20,596 nucleotides of DNA from Nitrosopumilales archaeon (GTDB lineage: Archaea > Thermoproteota > Nitrososphaeria > Nitrososphaerales > Nitrososphaeraceae), in the NCBI GenBank assembly GCA_044507735.1, contig JBIQJB010000032.1:1-20596 (forward strand). The letters run 5' to 3'. Positions 8,704 through 18,084 of this stretch are shown one piece after another; the stretch's first letter is position 1, and each line of letters starts with the position of its first letter. The translations under genes were made by a program, and so were the position numbers. The notes beneath the pieces are model-generated. The model saw nothing but the letters and a program-made list of their open reading frames with translations, did not search any database and was not told the origin of the DNA.

Positions 8704-8865
8704 ATGACGGTTCTGCATAAAGCATTTGAAATAATACTTGTCGTGTGCCGGAACATTTTGTAACCATGGTAACAGGGATGAGCGGTAACAGCTCGACATT
8801 TTTTTGAACTTGGGCGCAATCTATTTGACCAATCCTTTTACCTTCATTTTCTATTTTGGAAAGCC

Positions 8866-10050
8866 GTGCCTACAGGTTCCAATAATAATAGCAGTAGCAG
8901 CGACCTTCCAGGCAGCTTGGAAGAGTTCGGACTTTCAAAGTACGAAGCAAGGGCCTACCTCACAATGATAGGCAAGGGATCGCTTGCTGCTAGCGAGATA
9001 GCGTATTATGCCAACCTCCCTCGGACAAAGATCTACCAGACCATAAAAAAGCTGGAGAAAAAAAGACTAGCCGTTATTTCCAGACAAAAACCACTCATTT
9101 GCAGCGCAATCCCACCGGAGGAGGCCTTTTCCGAGATCGTGAGCCTACACGAGCGCAGGGTAAAGAACATGAGGAAGATTGTTGAGCAGCTTCAAAAGAT
9201 AAATGATGAGGGTCAGCGTCCCAAAGGGTCCGAGGAGCGCCGCTACTTCATATTGGATGCTAACTCGGCTCTGGAGAAGATTGGCAATCTGATAGCAAAT
9301 TCCAGATCATCGATAATTGCCGCACTTGATCAATGGGGCCTGAGGCTGATATCGCAGTGCAGGCCGTCACTTGTCAAGGCTGTAACTTCAGGAGTACACG
9401 CCCGCTTTATACTCGATTCACATTGCATAGGCAGCGAGAGCATCTATCAACTGCCAGAAGGAATTGAACTTAGGACAGCAAAAGTGACTTCCAACATCAT
9501 AATAGTGGATTCATCCCACATGGTTTCTGTTGATAGTAGCAATGGCAGGGCCGCGCTCTTTTCTTCTACTGACTCGTTTGGAGCCCTCCAGTCAAAAAGC
9601 TTGGAGGAGACATGGAGCAAGGCAAACGAGATGAAATATCTACTCGATACGGAGCCGGCAATTGCTGCAAAAGCAGTAGAGCTTGCTAGGATAGTGGAGA
9701 ACGGTCTTCCCGTCCGCATGCTCGAATATGCCGTGGGCAGAGGGGCAGACATGTCTGCGGAATTAGTGCAGGAGATTGATGAAAAGTATGGCATAAAGAT
9801 GTCAGATATGAGCGCGTCGGAGGTTATGGACCTTGTCGACTCGGCTCTAAAGATAAGCTGTCTTGGAGGGCTAAAACACGACAGGAGTAACAACATCCTG
9901 AGCGTCCAGTCAAAGGTGGGCAGCAAGCATGCGCTCCCGTGGGCGCTGGTGCTCGGATCATATTTCAAACGCGCAGGTAAAGAGCCCCGACTCATACAAC
10001 AGGACAAGAGCCCTCAGCTAGTGCACCTCAGGCTCGCTAGACCGGTTTGA
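8866..10050 (+). CDS. TrmB family transcriptional regulator
   Basis: N-terminal wHTH LEEFGLSKYEARAYL...ASEIA...LPRTKIYQTIKKLEKK.L, then coiled coil and a PLD-like effector domain (IIIVDS). Confidence 0.88.
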   Translation: MPTGSNNNSSSSDLPGSLEEFGLSKYEARAYLTMIGKGSLAASEIAYYANLPRTKIYQTIKKLEKKRLAVISRQKPLICSAIPPEEAFSEIVSLHERRVKNMRKIVEQLQKINDEGQRPKGSEERRYFILDANSALEKIGNLIANSRSSIIAALDQWGLRLISQCRPSLVKAVTSGVHARFILDSHCIGSESIYQLPEGIELRTAKVTSNIIIVDSSHMVSVDSSNGRAALFSSTDSFGALQSKSLEETWSKANEMKYLLDTEPAIAAKAVELARIVENGLPVRMLEYAVGRGADMSAELVQEIDEKYGIKMSDMSASEVMDLVDSALKISCLGGLKHDRSNNILSVQSKVGSKHALPWALVLGSYFKRAGKEPRLIQQDKSPQLVHLRLARPV

Positions 10051-10082
10051 CATAAATACCGAGTATGCACTTATGACAAATA

Positions 10083-10616
10083 GTGCGCGCAATTTCCATA
10101 ATCGCTATTGTTGCAGTCGCCGTTGCAGCGATTATTGGTGGCGCTCTCTTGTTTGTCACTCCTGTCACCGTGGCAACCGAGCCTTCAAATGATCAACAAG
10201 AAATCATTGCAGGCGGCGCCAACCGCACTCTCAGCGGATACAGACAGGTCAATGTCACGCTAAACAACGTTACGATTCTGGCAGACATTGCAGAAACTGG
10301 CGAGCAGGTGAATAAGGGGCTGTCTGTAAGGGATACTCTTGACGAACACGAGGGCATGATCTTTGTGTTCAAGACTCCATACCCACACTCGTTCTGGATG
10401 AAGAACATGAAGTTCCCCATTGACATTATTTGGATAAACGAATATCACGAGGTGGTTCATGTGGAGCACAGCTTGGAGCCCTGCACAAATGATTTCTTCT
10501 GTCCATCATATAGGCCCGAGAGAAACTCACTTTACGTTCTTGAAACTGTGGCCGGTTTTGCACAAAAATACAACGTGACTGAGAACGACTATGTCTACTT
10601 CCAGCTTGAAGAATAG
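10083..10616 (+). CDS. DUF192 domain protein with N-terminal membrane anchor or signal peptide
   Basis: GLS.R..L....GMIFVF......FWMKNMKFPIDIIWI...C....CPSY.P.....YVLE..AG is the DUF192 pattern. Hydrophobic N-terminus. Confidence 0.9.
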   Translation: MRAISIIAIVAVAVAAIIGGALLFVTPVTVATEPSNDQQEIIAGGANRTLSGYRQVNVTLNNVTILADIAETGEQVNKGLSVRDTLDEHEGMIFVFKTPYPHSFWMKNMKFPIDIIWINEYHEVVHVEHSLEPCTNDFFCPSYRPERNSLYVLETVAGFAQKYNVTENDYVYFQLEE

Positions 10617-10864
10617 CTAGCAACAGGAGGCTCAAGCCCTTGAAAAACAAGTCCAAGACAGCCGGGAGAGCAAGGCCGAAGCCCCTACAGCAGACCAAGA
10701 AATCTTGTCGATGATAATTTTTTCGCACCATTCTTCACTCCACGCACATACGCCACAAGTGTCAAAGGCGCACCAGTGGTTTGAAGGCAATCGCATCCCT
10801 AGATCTGCGCAGAGAATAGTCATCGCTGCCCGGATGAATCGCCGCAGACTATGGTACAATACAT

Positions 10865-11707
10865 CTATTGAAGGGCCTCTTCCTCATCGGTTTCTGCACT
10901 ATCGGGCTCCGATTCAACCCTGCTAACATCCTGTTGTAGCTTTTGCACCTTTCTTGCGAACACAAGATAAGTAGTATGTCCTATCATCCTCATCGACGGT
11001 CGAGTCATTCCTTCCCTCGCCTCGATGTTGCGGATCATAAGCTCGACACAATCGATGTCGGCATAACCGGCGCGCTTTAATTCGGTAGCCGTCTTTTCAA
11101 CCTGGTTCATGGTCGGGCAGATGGCAGCGAACGCGCCGCTACCTTTGAGCGCGTCGTGTACTTGGTCCACGACGGTCCAAGGGTCTCCGAGATCGACTAT
11201 GGCAACATCCGCTTCACGGATTTCAACCCCCTGGTGCGGGTCATGCTGGTGCAGGGTGACGTACTGCGACATGCCGGCCTTCTCCAAGTTGCGCTTGGCG
11301 ATCTCCATGAACTCTGGGTTGACGTCGAAACTGTAAATGTGTCCATCTGGTTTAACAATGCTTGCCATAAATGTGGCCAGCGCACCGCTCCCTGTGCCCA
11401 CCTCGAGAACCTTCGACCCGTTCTTGAGGCCGGTCCGAGCAGCGATATAACCCAAGTCTTTTGGATACACAATTTGCGTCTTGCGTTCAGACTTCATGAT
11501 AAAGTCATGAATCGTAGGCTCGATGAGAAAAATCAGTTTTCCCTCGGTCGTCCTGACGGCCGATCCGTATTCCATGCCGATGGTAGCTGAAATGTCAATT
11601 ATGCCAAGATGGGTGTGGAGTTTCTTGTCTCGCGTCACCTTGGCAAGCCACTTTTTGCGTGGCGTATGGAAAAGCATCACATATGATCCTTCTTCTATTC
11701 TGACCAA
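10865..11707 (-). CDS. trmI: tRNA (adenine-N1)-methyltransferase TrmI (GCD14 family)
   Basis: HTHLG, R.TQIVYPKD, SAM motif VLEVGTGSG, DLGDPW, CPTMNQV, TRP..RMIGHTTYLVFARK. Probable start is TTG11707 (track start 11788 adds a non-homologous segment). Confidence 0.93.
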   Translation of the reverse strand: MVRIEEGSYVMLFHTPRKKWLAKVTRDKKLHTHLGIIDISATIGMEYGSAVRTTEGKLIFLIEPTIHDFIMKSERKTQIVYPKDLGYIAARTGLKNGSKVLEVGTGSGALATFMASIVKPDGHIYSFDVNPEFMEIAKRNLEKAGMSQYVTLHQHDPHQGVEIREADVAIVDLGDPWTVVDQVHDALKGSGAFAAICPTMNQVEKTATELKRAGYADIDCVELMIRNIEAREGMTRPSMRMIGHTTYLVFARKVQKLQQDVSRVESEPDSAETDEEEALQ

Positions 11708-11823
11708 GATACGATACAGATAGCTAGCCAAACAAAGGGGATAAAAATCAATCCAAAAGAAGAGGAATATTCCAGTTCCTACTGACACAAGAATTAACTA
11801 TTGCAGAATAATGCTCACCTGTC

Positions 11824-12045
11824 ATGTCCTGTAGGGGGCTGTGTAGAAAGCATCCAAACTACACGAAGATGAAAAAGATCGATTATTCCAAGGGTATGAA
11901 GGTGTGCATCACCTGCGACAGGGCAATATTCATAGGCCTTGAAGATTATCAGTGCCCCTGCTGCAACAAAAACCTGCGTACAAGGCCGCAGTATTACGGC
12001 GAAAACAGCAAAGCAGCAAAAGAGTCTATGCTGCGAAGGCATTGA
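11824..12045 (+). CDS. Small Cys-rich basic putative zinc-binding protein
   Basis: MSCRGLCRKH...Y..G.K.CITCD...CPCCNKNLRTRP. From recall this Cys pattern recurs in thaumarchaeal small proteins. ATG start with an AT-rich element about 25 nt upstream. Confidence 0.78.
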   Translation: MSCRGLCRKHPNYTKMKKIDYSKGMKVCITCDRAIFIGLEDYQCPCCNKNLRTRPQYYGENSKAAKESMLRRH

Positions 12046-12069
12046 TGATATCCCACTGTTACTGTTATT

Positions 12070-13971
12070 TTACATCCGGTCAAGTGCGGTTATTCCAAGC
12101 ACGCCGAGCGCGTTTTTCAGTGCAATTCCAAATGCCTTCACCAGCGCAAGTCTAGCCGTCTTTGTTTCAGCATCTGGCTCCTTTAGCACTGGCACTTTCT
12201 CGTAAAAAATGTTGAACGTCGTCGCAAGATCGTACGAGTACCGCGCAAGTGACTTGGGCGAGAGCGACCGGGCCGAATCCTCGACTACAAGATCCAGCTT
12301 GGCTATTTGTTTTATCAGCATAATTTCAGATTCATTCATCAACCTATCAAAGGCAAAGCCACTCCCGGAAATGTCCTGACCAGACTTTTCCAGTATACGC
12401 TGCGACCGTGCATAGGCATATTGAAGATACGGACCGGTGTCGCCCTCAAGGCTCAGAGATTCCTTGATGTCAAACGTGATTATCTTGTCAAGGTCCTGCT
12501 TGATCAAATTGTACCGGATTGCTGAAATTGCGATCTCCTCTGCTATGGCATGTAATCTGTCTTCTGCAAACTCGGGGTTGCGGGTCTTGACTTCTTCGTA
12601 CGCCTTGGCGTGCAAGATATCAAGTACATAATCGGCATTTACATAGATGCCTTTTCTGCCCGACATATGCATGAATTGCCTGTCGCCAATATCGATCCCA
12701 AACGTCTTGGCCGTTTCTGAGCTGAGAGTTACTGCCTCATATCCGAGGTGTAAGTACTGCTTATTTTCAGATCCAATCTTTGAGAGCACCTGCGATATTA
12801 TCCTCTGAAGTCGGGCCTGCCTTGAATCGATTATTGTTATCACCCTTTCTCCTCCGTTGAATCCTTTCTTATCCCCGCGTTCCCCTTCTAGTGAAGTGGC
12901 ATAAAGAGTCGATCCGTCCCACTGGCTGCTGACAAATTCCACATAGGAGAAAGGATCGTCCACAAGACCAAGCTTCCACGCGGCGTATGGAATATCCTTT
13001 GCAATGTAAGTGGCAGTTCCGTCGCTTCTCACCAGCACCTTGTCCTCCTCGTCTTTTGCCTCTATGACCCAGCAGCCCTTGTTCTTACCCTCTTCTGCAA
13101 AATGCGTGATCCCATTCTCCTTTAGTAGATCAAATGCCTTGCTCCACAGTTTTGAAACCACAATGTGTGACTCGAAATTCAGCAAGTCATAGCGAGCCTT
13201 CATGCGCCAGCAAGTTTTCAGCTGCTCGTTTAGCACGCGCTGGGTAATACGGGCGGCGAAATGCGCAATTTCTGATTTTCCCTCTTCTATTTCTTTGAGC
13301 ACTAGCTTACGTTTTTCGGCGAGCTGAGCGTCTTTTTCATACAATTCGTTTATCTTGACATATACCTCGTCTCCGCAATAGTGATCAAACTTTTTGCCAT
13401 CCGGTGGTTCGACTGCAAATCCTGCAAATTTAAAGCCGACCACAATGTCTGCAACCTGGAGGCCAGAATCGTCGACGTAATTGAGCACAGTTGTTTGATG
13501 GTTGGTCGCCTTCATGATTCGGTAAAGGGTATCTCCGAGTATCACATTGCGCATGTGTCCGACATGTAGCGCCTTGTTTGGGTTGACGCTTGTGTGTTCG
13601 ATGACAATGTGCCTGCCCTGGCCAGAATCTGGGTACCCATAGTTTTCAGGGTTATCGAGGACCTGTTTAAGCGTAGCCGGCGAGAACCGCGAGTAATCTG
13701 CCTTGAAGTTGATGTGGCCGCCCGCGGGCTCGACAGCTAGAACATGCGTGCCACCGGTGTGCGCCCTTGCCAGATCTGCAAGATCGGCAGCGATCTTTTG
13801 TGGTGCTTTTCTTGCATGCTTTGCCAGAAGGAATGCAGCATTGCATGAGAGGTCTCCGAATTCTTTTTGCGGAGGCTCCGACACGTCAAACTGTACAGAA
13901 GGGTAACCAGCATCGCGGATGGCCAGCTCAACCAGCTTTCTCACCTCGTTCTGAAGTAGTCTAAACGTCAT
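12070..13971 (-). CDS. argS: Arginine--tRNA ligase
   Basis: FGDLS.N, GHINF, IEHTSVNPNKALHVGHMRN (HIGH), RSDGTATYIAKD, MSGRKG, GDTGPYLQYAYAR, C-terminal RM. Confidence 0.96.
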   Translation of the reverse strand: MTFRLLQNEVRKLVELAIRDAGYPSVQFDVSEPPQKEFGDLSCNAAFLLAKHARKAPQKIAADLADLARAHTGGTHVLAVEPAGGHINFKADYSRFSPATLKQVLDNPENYGYPDSGQGRHIVIEHTSVNPNKALHVGHMRNVILGDTLYRIMKATNHQTTVLNYVDDSGLQVADIVVGFKFAGFAVEPPDGKKFDHYCGDEVYVKINELYEKDAQLAEKRKLVLKEIEEGKSEIAHFAARITQRVLNEQLKTCWRMKARYDLLNFESHIVVSKLWSKAFDLLKENGITHFAEEGKNKGCWVIEAKDEEDKVLVRSDGTATYIAKDIPYAAWKLGLVDDPFSYVEFVSSQWDGSTLYATSLEGERGDKKGFNGGERVITIIDSRQARLQRIISQVLSKIGSENKQYLHLGYEAVTLSSETAKTFGIDIGDRQFMHMSGRKGIYVNADYVLDILHAKAYEEVKTRNPEFAEDRLHAIAEEIAISAIRYNLIKQDLDKIITFDIKESLSLEGDTGPYLQYAYARSQRILEKSGQDISGSGFAFDRLMNESEIMLIKQIAKLDLVVEDSARSLSPKSLARYSYDLATTFNIFYEKVPVLKEPDAETKTARLALVKAFGIALKNALGVLGITALDRM

Positions 13972-14675
13972 TTTGATGGCGTCACTCCCAGAAAATTAAA
14001 TGCGATGTGATCAATGGCTTCTGCAAGCCCCGCGCCCGCCCTTCCCGCTACTACATGAGATGCGCTTTTCTTTACACTTTCCTCTGCATGACCCAGCGCA
14101 ATGCTGTAGCCAGAGATGTCAAACATTGGCACGTCAGTTTCGCTGTCCCCTATGGCTACAGCATCCTCCGGATCCACTTTGAGCATCTTTAGTGCCTCTT
14201 TCAACCCCAGCGCCTTGTCGACACCCTTCTCGTTTATGTGAAAAGCATACTTGCTATCTGACAGGTAGAGGGACAACCCATGCTCGTCTAAAATCTTTTG
14301 CCCCTCCTGCAGGTCAAACGTCCTGAGCATGACGACCTCAGTCATCCTCGGAAACACCGGTTTTATCTGGATGCCATCAATGCTCTTTTTCAATATTTCA
14401 TAGCCTTCCATGCACCTCTCCTTGCTTGCCAGCAGTTTATGTTCTTGTGGAGCAACTGTTATTGCGCCACCGTTCTCGCCGACCGCTATTCTGGTGGTAC
14501 CCCCAAAGACTGCAAGGACGTATGCTTCGATTGACGATCTGCCAGTCACATAAATTACATTATAGCCCAGCTTCTCAAGATAGCGTAATTTTGAAAGCGC
14601 GCCCAGATGTATCATCCCTCCACCGTTTTCCGTAAGAGTGCCGTCGATGTCTATCGCAAAGACCTTGATTGCCAA
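13968..14675 (-). CDS. HAD-superfamily (Cof/IIB) phosphoglycolate phosphatase, archaeal type
   Basis: DIDGTLT motif I, VTGR motif II, ENGG, GVDK, AIGDSETDVPMF motif IV. ATGA overlap with the argS start suggests translational coupling. Confidence 0.9.
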   Translation of the reverse strand: MAIKVFAIDIDGTLTENGGGMIHLGALSKLRYLEKLGYNVIYVTGRSSIEAYVLAVFGGTTRIAVGENGGAITVAPQEHKLLASKERCMEGYEILKKSIDGIQIKPVFPRMTEVVMLRTFDLQEGQKILDEHGLSLYLSDSKYAFHINEKGVDKALGLKEALKMLKVDPEDAVAIGDSETDVPMFDISGYSIALGHAEESVKKSASHVVAGRAGAGLAEAIDHIAFNFLGVTPSK

Positions 14676-15046
14676 GCGTTGGAATACTGCTGAATCTGAA
14701 CATTATAAGTTTGACTACCCCGCTGCCAAGCAGTAGATCAAGATTCTTCTGTCATCTAGTAGGGCGTCAAAACTCCTCTTCACATCCGAATGTACGTACA
14801 AATGCGTGCATGCAGCTAATCATGCCGGTTCAAGCAAAACAGTTGCCATGAAAGGATGGAAGTTAATAAGTAGGTTCGGTTCTAAGTTTTTCGACTCCCA
14901 TAGTTGTGCATCTCTGGCGCTTGTGGTATGCATATAGACAATAGAAAGAGAGGCCAGATCATTACAAATAACAGCTCTGAAAAAATTCAGGGCTTCATCC
15001 TGTGACTGCAAACTTTGCGGGCTCTCCTGCCAGAATCCTGTACGGT

Positions 15047-15526
15047 CTAGACCATGTCCATCGCGACCGAGCTTTTCAGTAAGTCGCGAAAGTCGATGAT
15101 GTCCCGTGAAGTAATCATCATCGCAGATGCTGCTGTAACAGCAGGTGTCGCCATTTGTGCCACTTCCAACGCAGGTGCGGCAGGGATGGCGCTTCCAGGT
15201 GGCTTCGTCTTACCCGCTCCCCTTATCCTCCTGTCAGTCAACGACTTTTGGCGCCTAACATCTATCTTGATCTTGAAGCCATACTGTCCATGATTACTCC
15301 ATTTGTCAACCTCGACAATATCGCCACTGCCAACCAGCCTGTCACCTTCTGGCGTGACGACTGTAAAGTCGGTCCTGTCGCCGCGCCTAATGGTTGAGAC
15401 CTTTTCATAGAAATGATGCCAGTCAAGCGGGTTTGTGATTAGCGCTTGGACTGTTAACAAGTCCCCGACTGAGATTTCCTTGATGTAGCTTGACAAGATT
15501 TCAATGTTGCATAACTTTGCATACAC
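15047..15526 (-). CDS. Hypothetical protein (159 aa)
   Basis: Long ORF in otherwise gene-poor DNA, GTG start, TATA-like TTATTTA about 25 nt upstream (minus strand near 15551-15558). Beta-rich N-terminal part and a Pro/Ala-rich linker. Confidence 0.65.
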   Translation of the reverse strand: MYAKLCNIEILSSYIKEISVGDLLTVQALITNPLDWHHFYEKVSTIRRGDRTDFTVVTPEGDRLVGSGDIVEVDKWSNHGQYGFKIKIDVRRQKSLTDRRIRGAGKTKPPGSAIPAAPALEVAQMATPAVTAASAMMITSRDIIDFRDLLKSSVAMDMV

Positions 15527-16233
15527 AGTAATCTAAGGGCAGCCCTAGAATAAATAACTTCTGGAAATAGGTGTTATAATTTGCAATAAGCTTGTACTAT
15601 TTCTCTAACGTTATGGATAATACAATCGTTATGTTATTTTTGTATAATATTTTGTCATTCATCAGAACTTGGATGCCGGCGGCTCTTATTAGTTGCCTTT
15701 GAGTTGATTTGCAGATGCTCGCTTTCTGGGCCACAAGACACACGTTTCAAATCCTCGTCCGAGACCTATTGGCGTGCTTTGTCCTTGCATTTCCGTATTC
15801 AGTGCTCTGATCGGTATGGTTCTTTGCCATTACATCATCAGGAAAAACTGTTTGGACAAGATTTCATAGGAAAACTCCAAAAACCACGATGTGATGGGAT
15901 GATGACATGCCGGGCGTTTGTCACACCAGCAGACATTGTTGTGGGGTTTGAGATGACTTTCTTTCTTCAGTATTCTTGGTTCCTGCGATAATCAAGTCAG
16001 ACAATGGTTTTATCGAGCGTCAATCTAGATGATTTTTCAGATAATCAGGCTTTTCTGTTGGGATCGTGGAGATATCCAGTTTTCAGTTCAAGATATTTGA
16101 ATAGTTTGAGCTGAAATTACTAACAGCAGACCCATCGCTAGTTCAATCGCATTTTCTCCAGCCTCACCACTGAACTATTTGGAGCATCTTGTAAATAATC
16201 AGTTATCGAGTTGCGCCTGAAGATGATCTACCT

Positions 16234-17118
16234 TTGATTGGGAAATCTACGACTACGACTGCTGCTGCCATGGTGGCAGCAGCCCTTCTCTCAGGAGCCT
16301 CTGTCGTTCCGATGACTGCTTTTGCACTAACGGTAATCGGGACAGACCGTGCAGACACTTTGAAAGGCACAGACAATTCAGACACGATCTATGGTAAGGC
16401 AGGTGCTGACAAGATTCACGGATACAGGGGCAACGACATTTTATACGGCGGGCGTGGAGATGACAAGATCTGGGGAGGAAGTGGTAACGACAACATCTAT
16501 GCATGGCACGGTAACAACTATGTGAGCGGCGGAGAGGGTTCTGACACCATCTACGCGACGGGAGACCCTGAAGCTAACGACAAGGACTACAATGAGCTGA
16601 AAGGCTTTGGGGGCGATGACAAATTCATTGTAAGACATTCAGGCGCCACAATCCATGGAGGCACGGGAAATGACAACGTTACCGCAATAGCTGATGCCGG
16701 CTTTGGAGGGTTCATCATCTACATGGGTCCCGGAGATGACTATGCAAGTGCTGTTGACAACCAAGCGGACATATTTGGAGGGGACGGCAATGACAGGCTC
16801 ATCGCAACTGGGGAAGCCGTCCATGAGGTATTTGGCGAAGGCGGCGACGACTGGATACACATCAGCACCGATGTTGGAAGCGTTGCTAAGGGTGGCGATG
16901 GAGACGACTATATCCTCAGCACGTTCGAAGGCACGCTGTATGGAGAAGAAGGAGACGACATACTCGAATCAAGAAGCCCGAAAGCATACAATATCATGAT
17001 TGGAGGGCCGGGCGCTGACGAGTTCAGATGCTATGGCGGATATGATTCGGTAGAGGATTTTGATGAAGATGAAGGCGATACAATATTGGGCACCTGTGAA
17101 TCAATAAATGGGGAATGA
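16234..17118 (+). CDS. Secreted RTX/hemolysin-type calcium-binding repeat protein
   Basis: Signal-peptide-like N-terminus (AAAMVAAALLSGASVVPMTAFA) followed by many GGxGxDxUx nonapeptides (GTDRADTLK, GKAGADKIH, GYRGNDILY, GGRGDDKIW, GGSGNDNIY, GGEGSDTIY, GGDGNDRLI, GGPGADEFR). Confidence 0.88.
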   Translation: MIGKSTTTTAAAMVAAALLSGASVVPMTAFALTVIGTDRADTLKGTDNSDTIYGKAGADKIHGYRGNDILYGGRGDDKIWGGSGNDNIYAWHGNNYVSGGEGSDTIYATGDPEANDKDYNELKGFGGDDKFIVRHSGATIHGGTGNDNVTAIADAGFGGFIIYMGPGDDYASAVDNQADIFGGDGNDRLIATGEAVHEVFGEGGDDWIHISTDVGSVAKGGDGDDYILSTFEGTLYGEEGDDILESRSPKAYNIMIGGPGADEFRCYGGYDSVEDFDEDEGDTILGTCESINGE

Positions 17119-17844
17119 ATAGACCTATGGGAGACTCGCCTGACTACGAAAAAATCCGAGTTCAAGCCCATGTGCTTCCACAGTGGAGGAGATAGCGAGG
17201 CAGCTGCAACAGCAGCAACAGGCATTTTGGATACTTCCACGCATGCCATACTAGCAAAAGGGTAGCTGCAAACGGCTCCCCTCCTCCTGTGAATGTCCTG
17301 AGCAGTATAACAAACAGGAGAGGAGGAGCAGCAGTAGCAGGCATTTGGCTATGCCTCTAATGCTCAGGTGGGAGAAGTACCATTGATGGCATCAGAAACC
17401 TTGAGCCCTTTAGGATTGAGAGGACATCACTAGGACACCTTTGGATTTGAAAGGGACGGAAGAAGGAGCAGCCAACCTCTGCATAGCAGGTATTGGCAAC
17501 TCAATCACTGAGAAAAATTAGATTACCAATATCCAACCTAACCCCACACTCTCCCAGTCCGAGCCGCGGCTTCTGCAAGAGACAGCATCATATTTACAAG
17601 AGGTGGCATAGCTTCATGCCTGCTATCCTTTTCTTCAGAGTCTTGGCTTGGGCTTCAGCGTTAGTCATTAGACACCTGGAACTGCCGGGGGATTACCATT
17701 CCACAATGGCACATCTTTTCAAGGTGTCTCCAAGTATCATATTTTGCCTTGTCGCTTGATTCGGAAAATCGTTATTTCTGAAGGTTGTCAGCACCAGACA
17801 AGGATGTCAAGCGGTCTTCTCACCACAATTCGACTAATTTGAAG

Positions 17845-18027
17845 CTATTCGACTTCCACACTTTCAACCCTGCGTCTCGCGATTTTTGTCTTTTGAAGTG
17901 TCGCGGCTATTGCCTGGAACAGCCTAAATAGGAACGCAATAATTTTCTTCTTGAACGATTCCTTATCCTGTTCCAATCGGTACTTGCGGTATCTCCTGGC
18001 CGCTACCGAAGAGTAATCTGATTGCAC
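17845..18027 (-). CDS. Small basic hypothetical protein (60 aa)
   Basis: GTG start about 22 nt from a strong TATA at 18049-18057. Arg/Lys-rich with an amphipathic segment. No recognised family. Confidence 0.4.
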   Translation of the reverse strand: MQSDYSSVAARRYRKYRLEQDKESFKKKIIAFLFRLFQAIAATLQKTKIARRRVESVEVE

Positions 18028-18048
18028 CGTTCTTTCCTTCGTCCAGCA

Positions 18049-18057
18049 TTTTTATAT
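18049..18057. promoter_or_regulatory. Candidate bidirectional TATA box
   Basis: TTTTTATAT (ATATAAAAA on the minus strand) lies between divergent starts at 18027(-) and 18085(+). Confidence 0.5.
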
Positions 18058-18084
18058 TCATTGTGTAACTGGCTTCTAATAACC

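Noticed and set aside
14716-15011. Minus-strand frame with one internal TGA ending ...DDRRILIYCLAAG, faintly rhodanese-like, considered as pseudogene or readthrough
   Set aside because: The similarity is only a few residues, and there is no evidence for recoding or homology.
15704-15991. 95-aa plus-strand ORF in the long intergenic gap
   Set aside because: Atypical composition and no recognisable motif, so it cannot be supported as a gene.
16330-17060. 27-nt periodicity considered as a CRISPR or tandem DNA array
   Set aside because: Explained by the RTX nonapeptide coding repeats. There are no identical repeats with unique spacers and no cas genes in the window.
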